Below, piece after piece: positions 10,871-23,768 of a stretch of 64,000 nt of DNA (position 1 is the stretch's first letter; each line of letters begins with the position of its first letter). The DNA comes from Octopus bimaculoides. Its lineage: Eukaryota. The stretch is taken from positions 112,470,477-112,534,476 of the forward strand of contig NC_068982.1 of NCBI RefSeq assembly GCF_001194135.2, in the 5' to 3' direction. The translations under genes were made by a program, and so were the position numbers. The notes beneath the pieces were generated by a model. That model saw nothing but the letters and a program-made list of their open reading frames with translations, had not been told where the DNA came from and searched no databases.

Positions 10871-13665
10871 TACATCAACTTAAAGATAACATTATATTTA
10901 TTACTATCCTTTTCCCTTCGCAATATAAAACATTGAAATTTTTTTCTAACAATAATCAGTTCGAATTACAGACTAGCCTGGAAGTGGTGAACAGCATTAA
11001 AATGCTGAAGTAACACAGATAAATGAATGTAATTGAAATATTCGATTATAATGAAAAAAAAAATATATATCGAACATTTGACTAATGTCGAAATAGTGAA
11101 TACCATTGCATTAGCAGAAGCCATTGATTGCTATTGAATCTGCGATGTATATAAAATATCGAAGCATGAGCAATATTGAACGTCATAGAAATAGTGAAAT
11201 ATTTGAAATAGAACAAAAAATGGAATCTCCTTTCTAGTGTTTTTTTTTACACCTCACTTGTATTAGTCCATCGGTAGAACTGTTATTATTTTTCGGAGAA
11301 TATCTCATCATTGCAAAAATGTATTTCTTTTTCTCTTTAGTTATTTAATCTATCGCGCGTAAGCAGAGTGAAGTCAGATTTTGACGTGTCTTACTAAGAC
11401 ATCCATCAGCAGATGATTAAACCTATTGATTTACTGTGAAAGAGGGATGTCATTTGATGCTAGCCCAGCTGAGTTGTATACGAAAATCACAGGTACAGTT
11501 TTCTGTTATCTCCCATTGACCCATATAGGAAACTTTTTACAATTTAAGCTGGCAGATTTCGCTCATTATATACAGTTGTCTTCCAGACTATCAACGTATT
11601 TCTTTATTCGTCACGAGGACACCAGTCTTTTCTTTTTGTCCGTGGGTACTTCATAATCATAACAATCAATGGTATATATTTGCTGCGAAAATATTTCAGG
11701 ACCTGTCTAAGTGATATTAAAATTGAATATTTAGTCTAGCAGAATGTCAAAGATAATCTAATGAGACTGGTTAAGAAAGAAACATATTTTAACATTCTTA
11801 GCTTTTATTAATCATAGTAAAGTTCTATAAAGTATGATATATCTTATTCTGATACTCAATGGACCATGTTGTTAATAGATATTTCTTACGCGAAGTCTCT
11901 ATTTTGTAGGAATGAATTATGAAATTTTGTAATTTTTCAGATGGATCAATTTAGATTAGTTTTTATTTCATTAATATTGTATCTAATATTACAGTGCCTA
12001 TAGTTTTTGTAACTTCTCCAGGATTCTAAGATCCAGGCTGTTGATAGCCTTCTCGAAATTCTATCTGTGTCTTTTGGAGTTTGGAGCCCTTTATATGATA
12101 CTTTCTGCTTCGGACAAGATTTTTGAGACAAATCCAATTCTCTCTGCCTTTCAAGGGCTGTGAAATTATAGCTTATATATTCCTTCGTATTACAAATACT
12201 ATTAGTCAATGTATTAGTCAATCGTATATGGCTTAAAATCTGAGGCTGAACTATTGAACAGTGTTAACTACAGTGTTTTAAAATGTGATAATAAATTCGA
12301 CACGATCAATATACGCAAGATGATTTTTTTGTTATTCATTTATTTGCTGACTGATACTTGGTTTGCTACTACAGAGAAATCAAAGGTAGGGCAACAAAAG
12401 AAGCCAGTTACAATCATCAATCAAAAAACAGTTGGTTTTATAAAGTTCGTGAGCATGAGTTTGCTTATATATTAGGTGACCTTGCCTAAAAGATAAAGTG
12501 AGCCATGAAAAATATCATTGTTATATATATTTTTTCAATAGTTTTCTCGCTGGATTAAGTGTTCGTTTCTCTTTTTGTCTTCTGAAATTTTATTTTTGGA
12601 TCTTCTATATATATATGAAGAATTTTCCTCCGTCTGGCTATTTTTTTCTCTACAAAACGGAAAGTTGCATAATGAAACAGTCATTTTAACGAGACTCTTT
12701 TATTTATTTATCACCCGACGAAATACGTCTGCACTACCGGATACTCCTGAACCAGTTTTTGTGTGTCCCACAAGAGGAGTCAATGCGAGATGTGTCGAAA
12801 CAATTGTTGTGATTAACAAAATATATTCTCGTATATTCCATCTTCTGTCTTTCATATGTTATATATATAAACGAACTTTAGGCTTGTTATAAAATATGGT
12901 TCTGCCATATTTTAACTTCTAAAGTCAAACTCACTGCAGTTACTATGGAGAAAAAAATCTCTGTTGTGATAAAAGTTGTAAAAACAGCATAACTACCCAA
13001 TGTTTCTCTCTTGCGGATCCCCAGACGCGAGTTTCTGGCTCTTCAGCTTCTACCGAAGAGAGATAAACCTGGGCAAATTCAAAGCCATAGCATCAACTAA
13101 AATCATTTAACATAAGTGACTGAGTTGCGCTAGTGGACCGCCTGGTCGAATTAGAAATAGCAGTATTATTGCCTGGCGGTGATGAGGAATGAATGAACTT
13201 TAGATTAGTTACCATAGGTTTGTGATGTATTTTAACAGTTACTGCGGACACAAAAAAAAATATTCTCCTATAGTAAAAGGTGTAAAAACACTCAGTGATT
13301 GATTTTGACTGTTTTTAGTTAAAGCTACGGCTTTGATTCTGCGTAGGTTTATCTATCTTCGGTACTTCCCATTGAGGGACCTACTGGGTAGATATGTTGC
13401 TATATATATACATATATATAATTTTGTTATAAGGAATCTTTAAAAACAAGGTACATCAGCACGAAGACGCCAGAAATGGCTACAATAACATAGGGCTCAT
13501 ATTGACGTAAAAAACATTGAAGATATCAAGTATTGATAGGATAAAGTAGATATACAAATACCAAATGCAATTTAGACAGCTATTGCAGTAGAATTTTATT
13601 AATGCATTCATAGATTACATCATTACATACAATCCACCATCATCAGATAAAACTTTAAGCAGGAG

Positions 13666-13760
13666 AGATTTTTTATATCGACCCGGACAAACCCCAAAAA
13701 TTGATTGGGTTAGACTAATCCAACTAATTTTGGATTTGTCTAGGTCGGTGTAAAAAATCT
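13666..13760. repeat. 95-bp imperfect palindrome (foldback/MITE-like)
   Basis: agattttttatatcgacccggacaaaccccaaaaattgattgggttag-a-ctaatccaactaattttggatttgtctaggtcggtgtaaaaaatct. The arms pair along their full length with a few transition mismatches and 1-2 bulges. Confidence 0.9.
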
Positions 13761-13821
13761 TACCATTTTGAAATTTTACCTGTGGATTATATATTATAAT
13801 GTAATATTCTATGAATGCATT

Positions 13822-13864
<43 letters not shown>

Positions 13865-15897
13865 ACATATATGTGTATATATACATATATGTGCGTGTGT
13901 ATATATATACATATGTGTGCGTGTTTATATAAGCTGGCTTCCAGTGGCTGCCCTGATAATCCTCATATACTTGAGCTATTTTGTCTCTAGATAATCGTTT
14001 ATTTTCGATTCTAAAATTATAAATGACAAAATGTAACCAAATAAAAAATACAGTTATATTTTGTTGTACATCACTGTCTTAACAGGCATTCATTATGAGA
14101 AGAATTGATCTGCTAGTAGGGTAGATTCTTCGTATCTAAAGCAATAATTTACTGATGATTCAATATGATTAATTTGACAATTGGGCTTAACACATGCACA
14201 GCACACTTTTATTTAAAGCAATAATTACTTCAGTTTCTGTTTCAACTCATTTTTTTCTCATAAAAAAGGTTGTCTCCCGTACTTGCTGAAATAATTAAAT
14301 TAATTCTATTCAATAACTAATTGTGTTGCTTTCTTCTTTGTATGATTATTTCTAATTAACTTCTTCATGAACCCTGCATTAAATATGGTAACATAACTAA
14401 CGTAAAAGAGTTTGCTTAGGTATATATATTTATGCTTCAGCATCTATAGTTCAGCCATTTTGTTAAATATATTTTTCAAACAAAACACTTTTATGCAGTC
14501 TTTTGTTAGGACTACAAAATGCCCAAAAATGAAAAGTGACACTATTCTGTTTTTGTAGTATGTTCCTAAGTGTTCACTCTTCCCACTTCTGTTTATAAGT
14601 GTGTCTACTGGTTGTTTCTGTTTGTAGCTTTCTGACATCATTTCGCATCGAATATTTAAAAGAATAAATATTAAACATAAGAATGTTTGCTTCAAAAATT
14701 CTGAAACGGACGCATTTTCTTCTTCATGTCTCTGGAATGTTATTCATACATATCTAGTTCTATAGCTTTAGTATATGCGTCATTATTTTAGAAGGGCTAT
14801 ATCGGTTTTATAACGATTTCTCTCTCACTGTATGTATATACATATATATATACAAACATACATAAACATAAAATTACACATACGCACCCATGCATACATG
14901 CATGTATATGCATATACATATGTAAATACGAACACATATGCACACATACTTATACAGAGGGAGAGAGATATTAAATATGTAGATATAAATATACCAACTG
15001 AAGCCTGCCTAATCTCTAATGTTATCTATTTGCCATTATTTTGAATGATATGAATGAAGATGTTACTATTGCTTAACTCTAGGTTAAACCAGAGTGTTTC
15101 CATCCGTAATCTAAATGGGAAAGTTTTTATATGATTTGACCGACAGGTACACATTGAGTTAACCAACATGCTGGTTTTCGAACTAAAATTCTTCCTGCTT
15201 GTGATTTGGTTGGAATTTGACTGCTGTTTCTAGGCATGTTAAATGAAAGCATATAATATTGGTTTGCTCTCGAACAATCCACCGTAATGGATACCTAAGT
15301 GCACCATGGATTAAAAAAAAAGAAGTTTTTTGCGCTTTTAAAAAATTCATAATGATCTTTGAGTGTCTTGGAAAAAACGTGCCTTTCATAATTGTGTTAC
15401 TGGCAACCATTATTAATAAAACAAAATCATCCACACTTTCCTACATGATTTTGTAATATTTTAAGCTTTAAAACAGTTTTTAAAAAATGTCTAAGCGAAT
15501 TGCACCAGTATTTTTTATATCGTTTATAAACATCCAACAATGCGAAAAAAGGCCGAGAAACACTGTTATAGAAGTTACTTATGTGACATATTCGAATTAA
15601 TTTGATTTCTAAGTCTGTCCTGACCTAGGATACTTTTCTTCAGAATATTCTAGCCAAGACTACGCCGTACTGTTTTCAGACACTGTAATACCATGACCAT
15701 TACCAATTTATCTTTACAACATATTAATAGATAGTGTTGGTATTGTTGTTTAGTGTCCATGATCAATGACGTTATAGCCGTGACCATCCAATATTTATCC
15801 TATGCACAGGAAACCCCAGATTTCTATTATCTTATGTTTTTCTAAGACGTTGAATTATGCTTAAAAGAAGATTTATTTCGTTTATTTCTAGTAGGTC

Positions 15898-16540
15898 TAG
15901 TGATTATTGAAAGGCTTTCTCTCTGACTTGTGTTTATATAATAGATACGATACCACAAACATGACGGTAAAACCGCATTACTTTAAAATTAATAAAATAT
16001 ATCTCCTCACATTGACACATTCATATAGCCTCTAGGATTGTTCATCAACCACTTATTCTCTCATATCTTTGTGTTCATTCTTATCTTTCTCTATATTATC
16101 ATCCCTATACTTGAAAAGCTACACATGAAGCAAATTAGTGTGCCAAGTAGCGAGGTTAAACATCGGCTACGAGTTAGTGTTCCCGAAATTTACAGACCCT
16201 CTCATAAACCGAGAGTGATGTAATCGATGTTAAGCTTGAATAACTATTAGTGATTATTTTCATGAAATAGTTGGGTGTTGAGGGATTTAAGAAACTTACT
16301 ATACTGGTAAGGACGTATTGAGCGCGTGTATAGGACTGGGAGGGGAGATACGGTACGAAATGGTCTGAGTTGGGAAAGTATGCAGCTGTCCCCAGTTCAG
16401 GAGCAAAGACCGTTGTAGTAGAGGTAGTGAGAGAAAAACAGGTGACGAACGAGAGGGAAGCGAGCGAGCGAAAGTAAAATAAGTTATAGGTTAAGAATAT
16501 CTTTAACATTAGTGATCATTGAAAGGCTTTCTCTCTGACT
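15898..16540. repeat. 31-bp direct repeats flanking ~580 bp
   Basis: tagtgat(t/c)attgaaaggctttctctctgact at 15898-15928 and 16510-16540, 1 mismatch. Confidence 0.9.
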
Positions 16541-17699
16541 AAATTTACTAATGGTCATGGCCCTTGATCAGGGAATAAAAATACCTCATAGCAAACTAAT
16601 AACATTGATAATTGATTATACTTTTCTGAAATCTAATTTTCAGAAAACAAAAGAAAACCAAACAAAACACGGATTCTGATCCCTTAACAGAATATGCATA
16701 TAACTGTTTATCTACGATTTTTCTATGGCTTTTTGTCTGTTTTTTCTGATTGACAGAATAATTCGACGAGCAATGTTAGTTTAGCACCCGTCTCATTTTT
16801 CTATGAAGCCATTTACAATCGATTAGTTGCAATCTTTTTCTAAGGTTCACTCAATCAACTTTACAATTGTTTTCACACTTACATATATATTAATTTAAAC
16901 AGTTATGTTGTAACATACTTGTATATGCCGCTACTTTTTCTCCTGCCGTCTAAATTGAGTATTATTAAATCCCCTTCTGCTGTATGATAGACGGAATTCA
17001 TATAATATTTCATTAAATTTATTCGATAATTTATATTGAAAATTAAAAGGGAAAATTGAAATGAAATTTTAACAAGATTATTGCAATATTGACCCGAAAT
17101 ATACTATTTACGATGACGACTACAATATTGAACAGTTTGGATTTTTGCCAAGTAGCTTCATTATTAATCAATTATTTTAGTAACCAGTTTAGAATTCTGT
17201 CATGGGTATTGCTGTTTTGGGAAAAGTTGAGAGACGCCTCAAACAGAACATTAGTGAAATATTGAGAAAATATGGAAAGATGAAAGTGTAGTTTTTCAGA
17301 GAAACTACTAATATAAGTACACTGATGTATACAGGTGGAAGAAATCAATACATTGGCAGATAGAAACACATTTATGCATATACACACATATTTAGATAGA
17401 TTTAAATAAGGGAGGTGAAAGAGATAGGTGGGAGAGTACGAGTAAATTTTAAAAAGAGAAATAACAATATTCGACGTCCAAAATCTACAAACGGTAGCAA
17501 TCGATGATACAGCTAGTTTAACTAATACTTCTTAACACATAAAGTTAGACCAATATGCATTGTTTCTGTTACTGTCTGTTTCTACTGATATTACTATTAT
17601 TCGTTAGATGTGTCTGTTATACAACCCAAAATATGACATGCTGAAGAAAGTAAAATCTAGTTCGTATGTCTTGCAATAATTACAACTGAATAATATTCA

Positions 17700-18150
17700 G
17701 TTAATTCTGTGTTCATGTAATATCTGTGTTTCAGGCTTCATATCTCTGGTGTGTTGTCTTATTGATCGCTTTTTAAAAGAACACATATATGCGAACGCAA
17801 TAACTATCAATTCTCTACTGTATATGGAATATATTGATTGATATGACCCTTAACTGTTTTAGGTCAGATGGGTATTTCAGATGAGGTTACTCATGTCCAT
17901 AGAGCCAGTTTCATACAGCTACAACCTCTCTCTCATTTTCAGCCATTCTCTACCCTTTTCTCCCTCATCTCTCTTTCTTCTTCTTCAGATAACTTTAGGT
18001 TAATGCTTACAACTCCTTATTAATAATTTGATAAATTTTACAGACGGTCAGACACCTTACTAATATCTAGACGAACACAGCACAACTATTCTGATCTAGA
18101 GCAGAATCTAATGTTTTAAGTCTACGTGCAACTAATGATAGCAATACCAT
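17700..18150 (-). mobile_element. Highly decayed non-LTR retrotransposon RT remnant (CR1/L2/Jockey-like)
   Basis: Minus strand reads LDSALDQN..CAVF-LDISKVSDRL at 18041-18070, matching RT motif LDISKAFDRV. ttcgcatatatgtg at 17782-17795 looks like a decayed FADDV. Many stops and frameshifts. Confidence 0.45.
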
Positions 18151-19264
18151 TTGACAGACCATATATAACTCTGAAGAAATACACACGTTTGAAGAAATAC
18201 ACACGGCTGAATTACATTTCTAAGGATGTATTCAGTAGCCATAAAAAAAACGAATCTTTAAAGTACATTTTTTTTACAGATATAAACTTTTCCTTCATTT
18301 CGATTTTCTGATAATTTTATTGATTTTTTAATGTTTTTCGGGTTCTCTGCTTTCGTGAAATTTGATGAATTATTTTTTTAACCTTTTGTTTTTATTGTAA
18401 ACCATAGAAATATTTGTACGATATTTATTTTGGTTCGCAATAATATGGCTTTATGAATATAATTCCTTTAACGTCACAAATTAACTTTCATCACACCAAT
18501 GAAATTATTACCACGAACTGCACAGATATAAGAAGAAACTTCAATTGCTATCTCCGTTTAGTGTTTTGTTTCAAGTAATTGAAATATTCATCTCAACAGT
18601 TCAAGTGGCAGATTACTCTTTTCATTCCATATACCTTATCATTGTCTTAATCTCCTTTTTTACAGTGGTTATTGTATTTTACATTTTCATCTTTTTGCTT
18701 TGATCTATTTACAATTCTAACATGAAACTTTTGGATAAAAAAAAATCTGCCAGAACCGCTTTTAAGTGTAAGGTAATACATAGTACGCAAAGACACATAT
18801 TTTGCATCCCTTACTCCCCTACCTAATTCCTTCTTTTCTTCATATTATTGTTGTGGTTTTTTATTGTTAGATTTATCAATTCTGGTAATGAATTCACTGA
18901 CAAAACCCCCTTTATCTAGCACAAATAGCTATTTACTCTTTCGGCTATCAACAAACAAGAAATAATCAGATGTGAAAGATTAATTGTTCGTAACCAAAAG
19001 GGATATAGATAACTTAGTTTATTAGTTTCATCTTATTCTGTTAATAAATAATTGAAGTGGCCAAATATAATAGAAATCAGAAAGATTTGTTTCGTGCCAG
19101 AGCTTCTTTGATATTGCGCTGGAAATTCACATTCCCTAAGATATTCCTCTTAAGCATAATCTTTCACTGCTTGATTTTTCCATCCTTGTTAACAACAGTT
19201 AATAAAAATATTGATTTTTTAGTTCCATATTTGATTGTATAGGAACTGGAGTACTAAGTCGTTC

Positions 19265-20540
19265 ATGTTTTATATAGGCTGAAATGACTTCAACTGGGAA
19301 TCAAAATCACGCATGCAACATATCTGGAAACTATCATTTACATATCGACGACAGGGGTTCATTTTCCGTCACACTACGCGTTACATTTTTTAAAAATGAA
19401 GACCAACAAACCAGAAGAGGAAATTTTACATTGTTGTATGGCATCATATTTCTCGAGCGACATTATAACATCTTATAATGGAAAATCATATATATTCCTA
19501 GATACACTATGTACGAAAAACAAAAACACACAACAAAAACCGTAAATTGACATCTCACTGTTCAAAGAATACTTCAAATGTAGCTAATAGCGACTTCTTG
19601 TGCAAACGTTGGCTGTTAAATTTAGGATGGAGAAGGAGAGTCTAGAAAATGACCCGAGTTCTGGACGTTCTGAAATTGCCACCACCAAGGAAAACATTGT
19701 TCGCATTCACCACATGTTGATGGATAATAGGCGATTAATTATAAATCAAATAGCCAATGCTATTAGCATATTCCGCGAGTGAGTTGACAATAATCTGCAC
19801 AGTAAATCTGGCATGACGAAGGCTTCTGCTTGGTGGGTGCCATGTTCTCTGACACTTGATCATAAGTGCACCAGGCTTATCACATTATGGGAAATTCTGA
19901 CACTGTTTGAGGCAGATACAGTTACTTTCAGTGAACGTTTCTTAACGTGAGTTCTGGGTTCATCTTTTTCAGCCAGAGACAAAAAGACAATCTATGTAGT
20001 AGAAACACTCCCCCACTCACTTGCTTCATAGAAGGCCAAGGTCGTTTCGTTTGCAGGGAAGGTAACGGCCTCATTTTTGGGGGATCCAAAAGGCATAATT
20101 TTTATTTACTATCTTCAAAAGGGCTACATCATCCATATAGACTACTATGTAAACTTGCTAAGCAGTTTCGAAAGGCTATCAAAACAATACACCTAGGAAA
20201 AACTGACAAAAAGTGTCTTGTTTCATGAGGAGAATCAATGGCTAGTGTGCGCGACTGTGGCTTTGAAGTGGTTGATCATCCACCCTATTCTTCTGTTTTA
20301 TCTCCATCTGACTATCATCCGTTCCTCAACATGCAAAAGACACTTAACTGGAAACTTGTATCGCAGTGAAGATGATGCCATATCTGCTGTTGATGAATTA
20401 AAGCATTTTCACTATTGGGATCTAAGAACTGCAATACCAATGGAAGAAGTGTGTGAACTGCAAAGAGGATTAAGTTGAAAAATAAACCACATTTGGTCAC
20501 ATTCCATGAGAGTGTCTTGGCCAGCCTATGAACTCTGTAG
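19265..20540 (+). mobile_element. Mariner (DD34D, irritans/Himar1-like) DNA transposon, near full length, inactive
   Basis: Frameshifted transposase fragments: SLENDPSSGRSEIATTKENIVRIHHMLMDNRRLIINQIANAISI; SAWWVP (19831-19842, WVP motif); KAKVVSFAGKVTASFLGDPKGIIFIYYLQKG; FHEEN (decayed HQDN); HPPYSSVLSPSDY (20277-20315, YSPDL motif). The ~1.27 kb span fits mariner size. 3' end cagcctatgaact versus partial 5' ataggctg. Confidence 0.92.
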
Positions 20541-20889
20541 CTTACCTTCACAGATTTTAACAGATTTTTCAAATATTAAATATCTGTAAATAATTTTGTT
20601 TTTGAAACAGGTGAATATTTTAATAAACAAAATTCAACAATTGATGTTATTTTAAATTGAAAATATCTTATAAATATATCGGATTTCATCTCAAATTAGG
20701 TCAAGATGGCTGTAATTTTGAGCAATAAATAAAGTGGCTAATTTTGAGTAATATGTATAAGATTACAGCTTTTGTTTAGTTCCGTGTTAACGGTGACCCA
20801 AAAGATTGTGCTATAAATCAATTGAGTTAGAACCACTATTTATCAAAAAGGTGGGTATATTCACAGGGAAATTTTAATTTGTATTTGTA

Positions 20890-23570
20890 ATGAATTGTCT
20901 GTGCCTCTCCACTTTAGAAATATCCTGTTTTTGTTGAGGAGATCTATAATCAAAAGCTTCCCAGCTATGACAATTCAGGTCTTAAATTATATCTAGGAAC
21001 ATATTCAAAGCTCCCGTTTACATTTTTTAGGTAGTGGGATGAAATTCGAGAGAGGCTTCACTGTTTATTCTAACCGGTGTAGCAACACTGCAAGGACTCT
21101 CTCGTGGTTTCGAAGAGCAGAATTATGAGCATTGTGGTGCCATTCGTTAAACATACGTACAGATTTTGATGGACAACCAAGTTTATAAAGGATCACAAAT
21201 AAAGCTTCTCTATTGGCCACATCAAAAACTTTAATAAGTTTCTACAAATATCTGGCAGTTGTCTAGCCGAGAAAATCATGTTCATTGTCTCTCTGCCCAC
21301 TCAGCTGGTCAGAATAAGGTAAATGTCACGCATCAGACTACTTAACATTACTCTCGGGAGGACATTACCCACAGATTCTAACAGAGTGATATCACGGAAA
21401 TTGTCACATATACATCTAGGTCCTTTACTCTTATGAATGAACTAGTACACCATCAATCGAGTCGTATGAAATCGCACCTCCTTCTCAGCAAGTAAATGTA
21501 ATTGCATGCATTGCAGATTCCGCAATATTGCCTCCTGATTTGAAGCATCTAGGTCAATAAACCCACTAGAGTTTACTAATTACTAATAGGATCTCACAAT
21601 ATTCAGATATGTTATCTTTGTATGTTATCATGTGTCTTTGTAGCATTACTTTAACCATTTCTATGTTAACCCTGGAAAGGTTAAAAACATATCTCAAAAG
21701 TGTTCTTCCCATTGTTATATTATTTAACTGCGTCCTTAAAGAAGGTTCGTTCACTTTTTGATTGCAAAGGAATTACATCAGATGACTGAGGTATTAATAC
21801 TTCTCTAAGGAAACCATGTTGCGCCACGGAATCCTTTCTTTTGGTTGTATGTTCAACATCCGATGAGATTTGCGACTGCCTTGTAGTTTTAATTTTTCTC
21901 AAGTCTTGCTACAACGTTGCGTTCTGTGACTTATAGTGCCGTTTAGTGGACTTTTTATTCTTTGCATTAATATCCGTTAAAATCTCGTAAATTGATTGTT
22001 TTTCTTTCAGCAGTTGGCATATTTAATTATTGCTAGTATCACATCAGTCGTTTTTGTATCTTGCTTTTGACTCTCAAAATCATATACTTCAACATTGAAT
22101 TCTTTCAAGTTCCATTAAAACTGATATCATTGAACTTCTTTTGTATAAGTTTTAATCAATTTGATAGTTTTGCACTATTCATGCGAATTTTCTTAGGAAT
22201 CCGAAATTTGAATTTAGACCTTACAAGTTACTTTCTGGTCACTATCACAATCTGTGCAACATAAAGCACAAAGAAGACAAGTGTCTTGAAAATCAAACTT
22301 TCGAGTAAGAAAAATCAATCCTCGATGTTTTCACGTTAATTTATGCCGTAATTTGCGCCTAAAAATGTTTTTAATATTTAAATTAATTTCAGAGCAATGT
22401 TAAAGTATGTGTAACCGATTACTGTTTTCATGACCAGTGGCATGGCGGGCACGTGAAATTTTAAATTGTCTACCAACACCAGCGCGAAAATCTCCCAGAA
22501 ACAAAAGATTTCCAACATAAATGCTATTCTGAGTAATGAAGAGATGGTGAATTCAAACGGAATAGAGACATAACAGCTTCATGCTACAGGAATTGTCAAT
22601 TCCATCATTTGATTATATATAGTATACATCTGCTCTAAATCCTCCGATTTGCTCTTACAGAAAATTCGACACCTCCATCTCTTCAAATATCCCTTGGTTT
22701 TCCAGTTCAGAATATTTTGAACTCAGACGAAGCTTCTGTCAAATGGTCTTCCTCCAAAACCCGGGCTTCTGAAAGTGATGCTATATGTATGTTGAGACGT
22801 TGCTGTTCTTTACCAGCTATTGTGGTTTAACTTCCAAGACGATCCGCATGATCTTGAAGGGTTCTTACTGTCCAACAGCAAATGTTAAAACAATTTTTAT
22901 CGTTAAAATAAAGTCTTTTGTTAAGTTTTTGTGCGTCGCTCCTTTTGATTAACTGTCGCTAGTTGTAGTAATCAAACCGACATAAATGGACAGGCAATTT
23001 TCAGTGCATCTTTTGTTGCACTTTAAACCCTTAAATAGCGCCTATCAGACACGAGAACCTTTACCGAAGCAATTTTTGTCTATGAAAACATGACAACGAG
23101 GTTAAGATACGTTTCTTACCGCCATGTGTGAGGATTCATGACTGTGTGTCTTCAAACGGTTAAGTCTGCACACCTTGCCACTCTTCTATCATCACAAAAC
23201 TTTAATAGAGAGACAAGATGAACCAGATTCACTGAAAAATCTGTACAAGAGTGGATTAAAGTGACACACGCTTGCACAACAAGTCTTCCACTCTCTAACT
23301 ATCAGTAACTGGAATCCAGCGACAACCTTTGTAAGATGACTGGTAGCTACATTAACTGCACGTTTGATTTCAGAGAGCTTTCTCTTAGACTTTTCCCAAT
23401 AAAGCATACCTACAAGGCAGCAGGTATTTGAAAGAAGCTTATTTGCACACAGTCGGATGGCCGTTGTCAATGCAAGATAGGCAAAAATCATTCTCCTTCC
23501 CAAGTTGGCTTGGATGGATTGGTAGGTTAGTCATAGATGAAACGATCCGACACTGCGGCAGGATATACTG
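20890..23570 (-). mobile_element. RTE-clade LINE remnant (5' UTR, APE endonuclease, N-terminal RT), decayed
   Basis: Minus-strand fragments: NICCWTVRTLQDHADR...QRLNIHIASLSEARVLEEDHLTE (APE N-terminus, ~22740-22886); FRDITLLESVGNVLPRVMLSSL (RGISLL motif); GRETMNMIFSARQL (~21258-21298); VFDVANREALFVILYKLGCP (AFDTVNREGLW..L.KLGCP motif). It ends before the YADD motif. Confidence 0.88.
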
Positions 23571-23607
23571 GTGACAAGTTACCCATACTACTATATATAC
23601 AGTGAGT

Positions 23608-23768
<161 letters not shown>

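Noticed and set aside
11946-12221. 91-aa minus ORF, and plus-frame IFETNPILSAF (myosin-like)
   Set aside because: Short chance resemblance with no supporting motifs or splice donors.
14444-14695. 83-aa minus ORF with a hydrophobic N-terminus
   Set aside because: TTG start, F/L/I/K composition typical of AT-rich non-coding DNA, no homology recognised.
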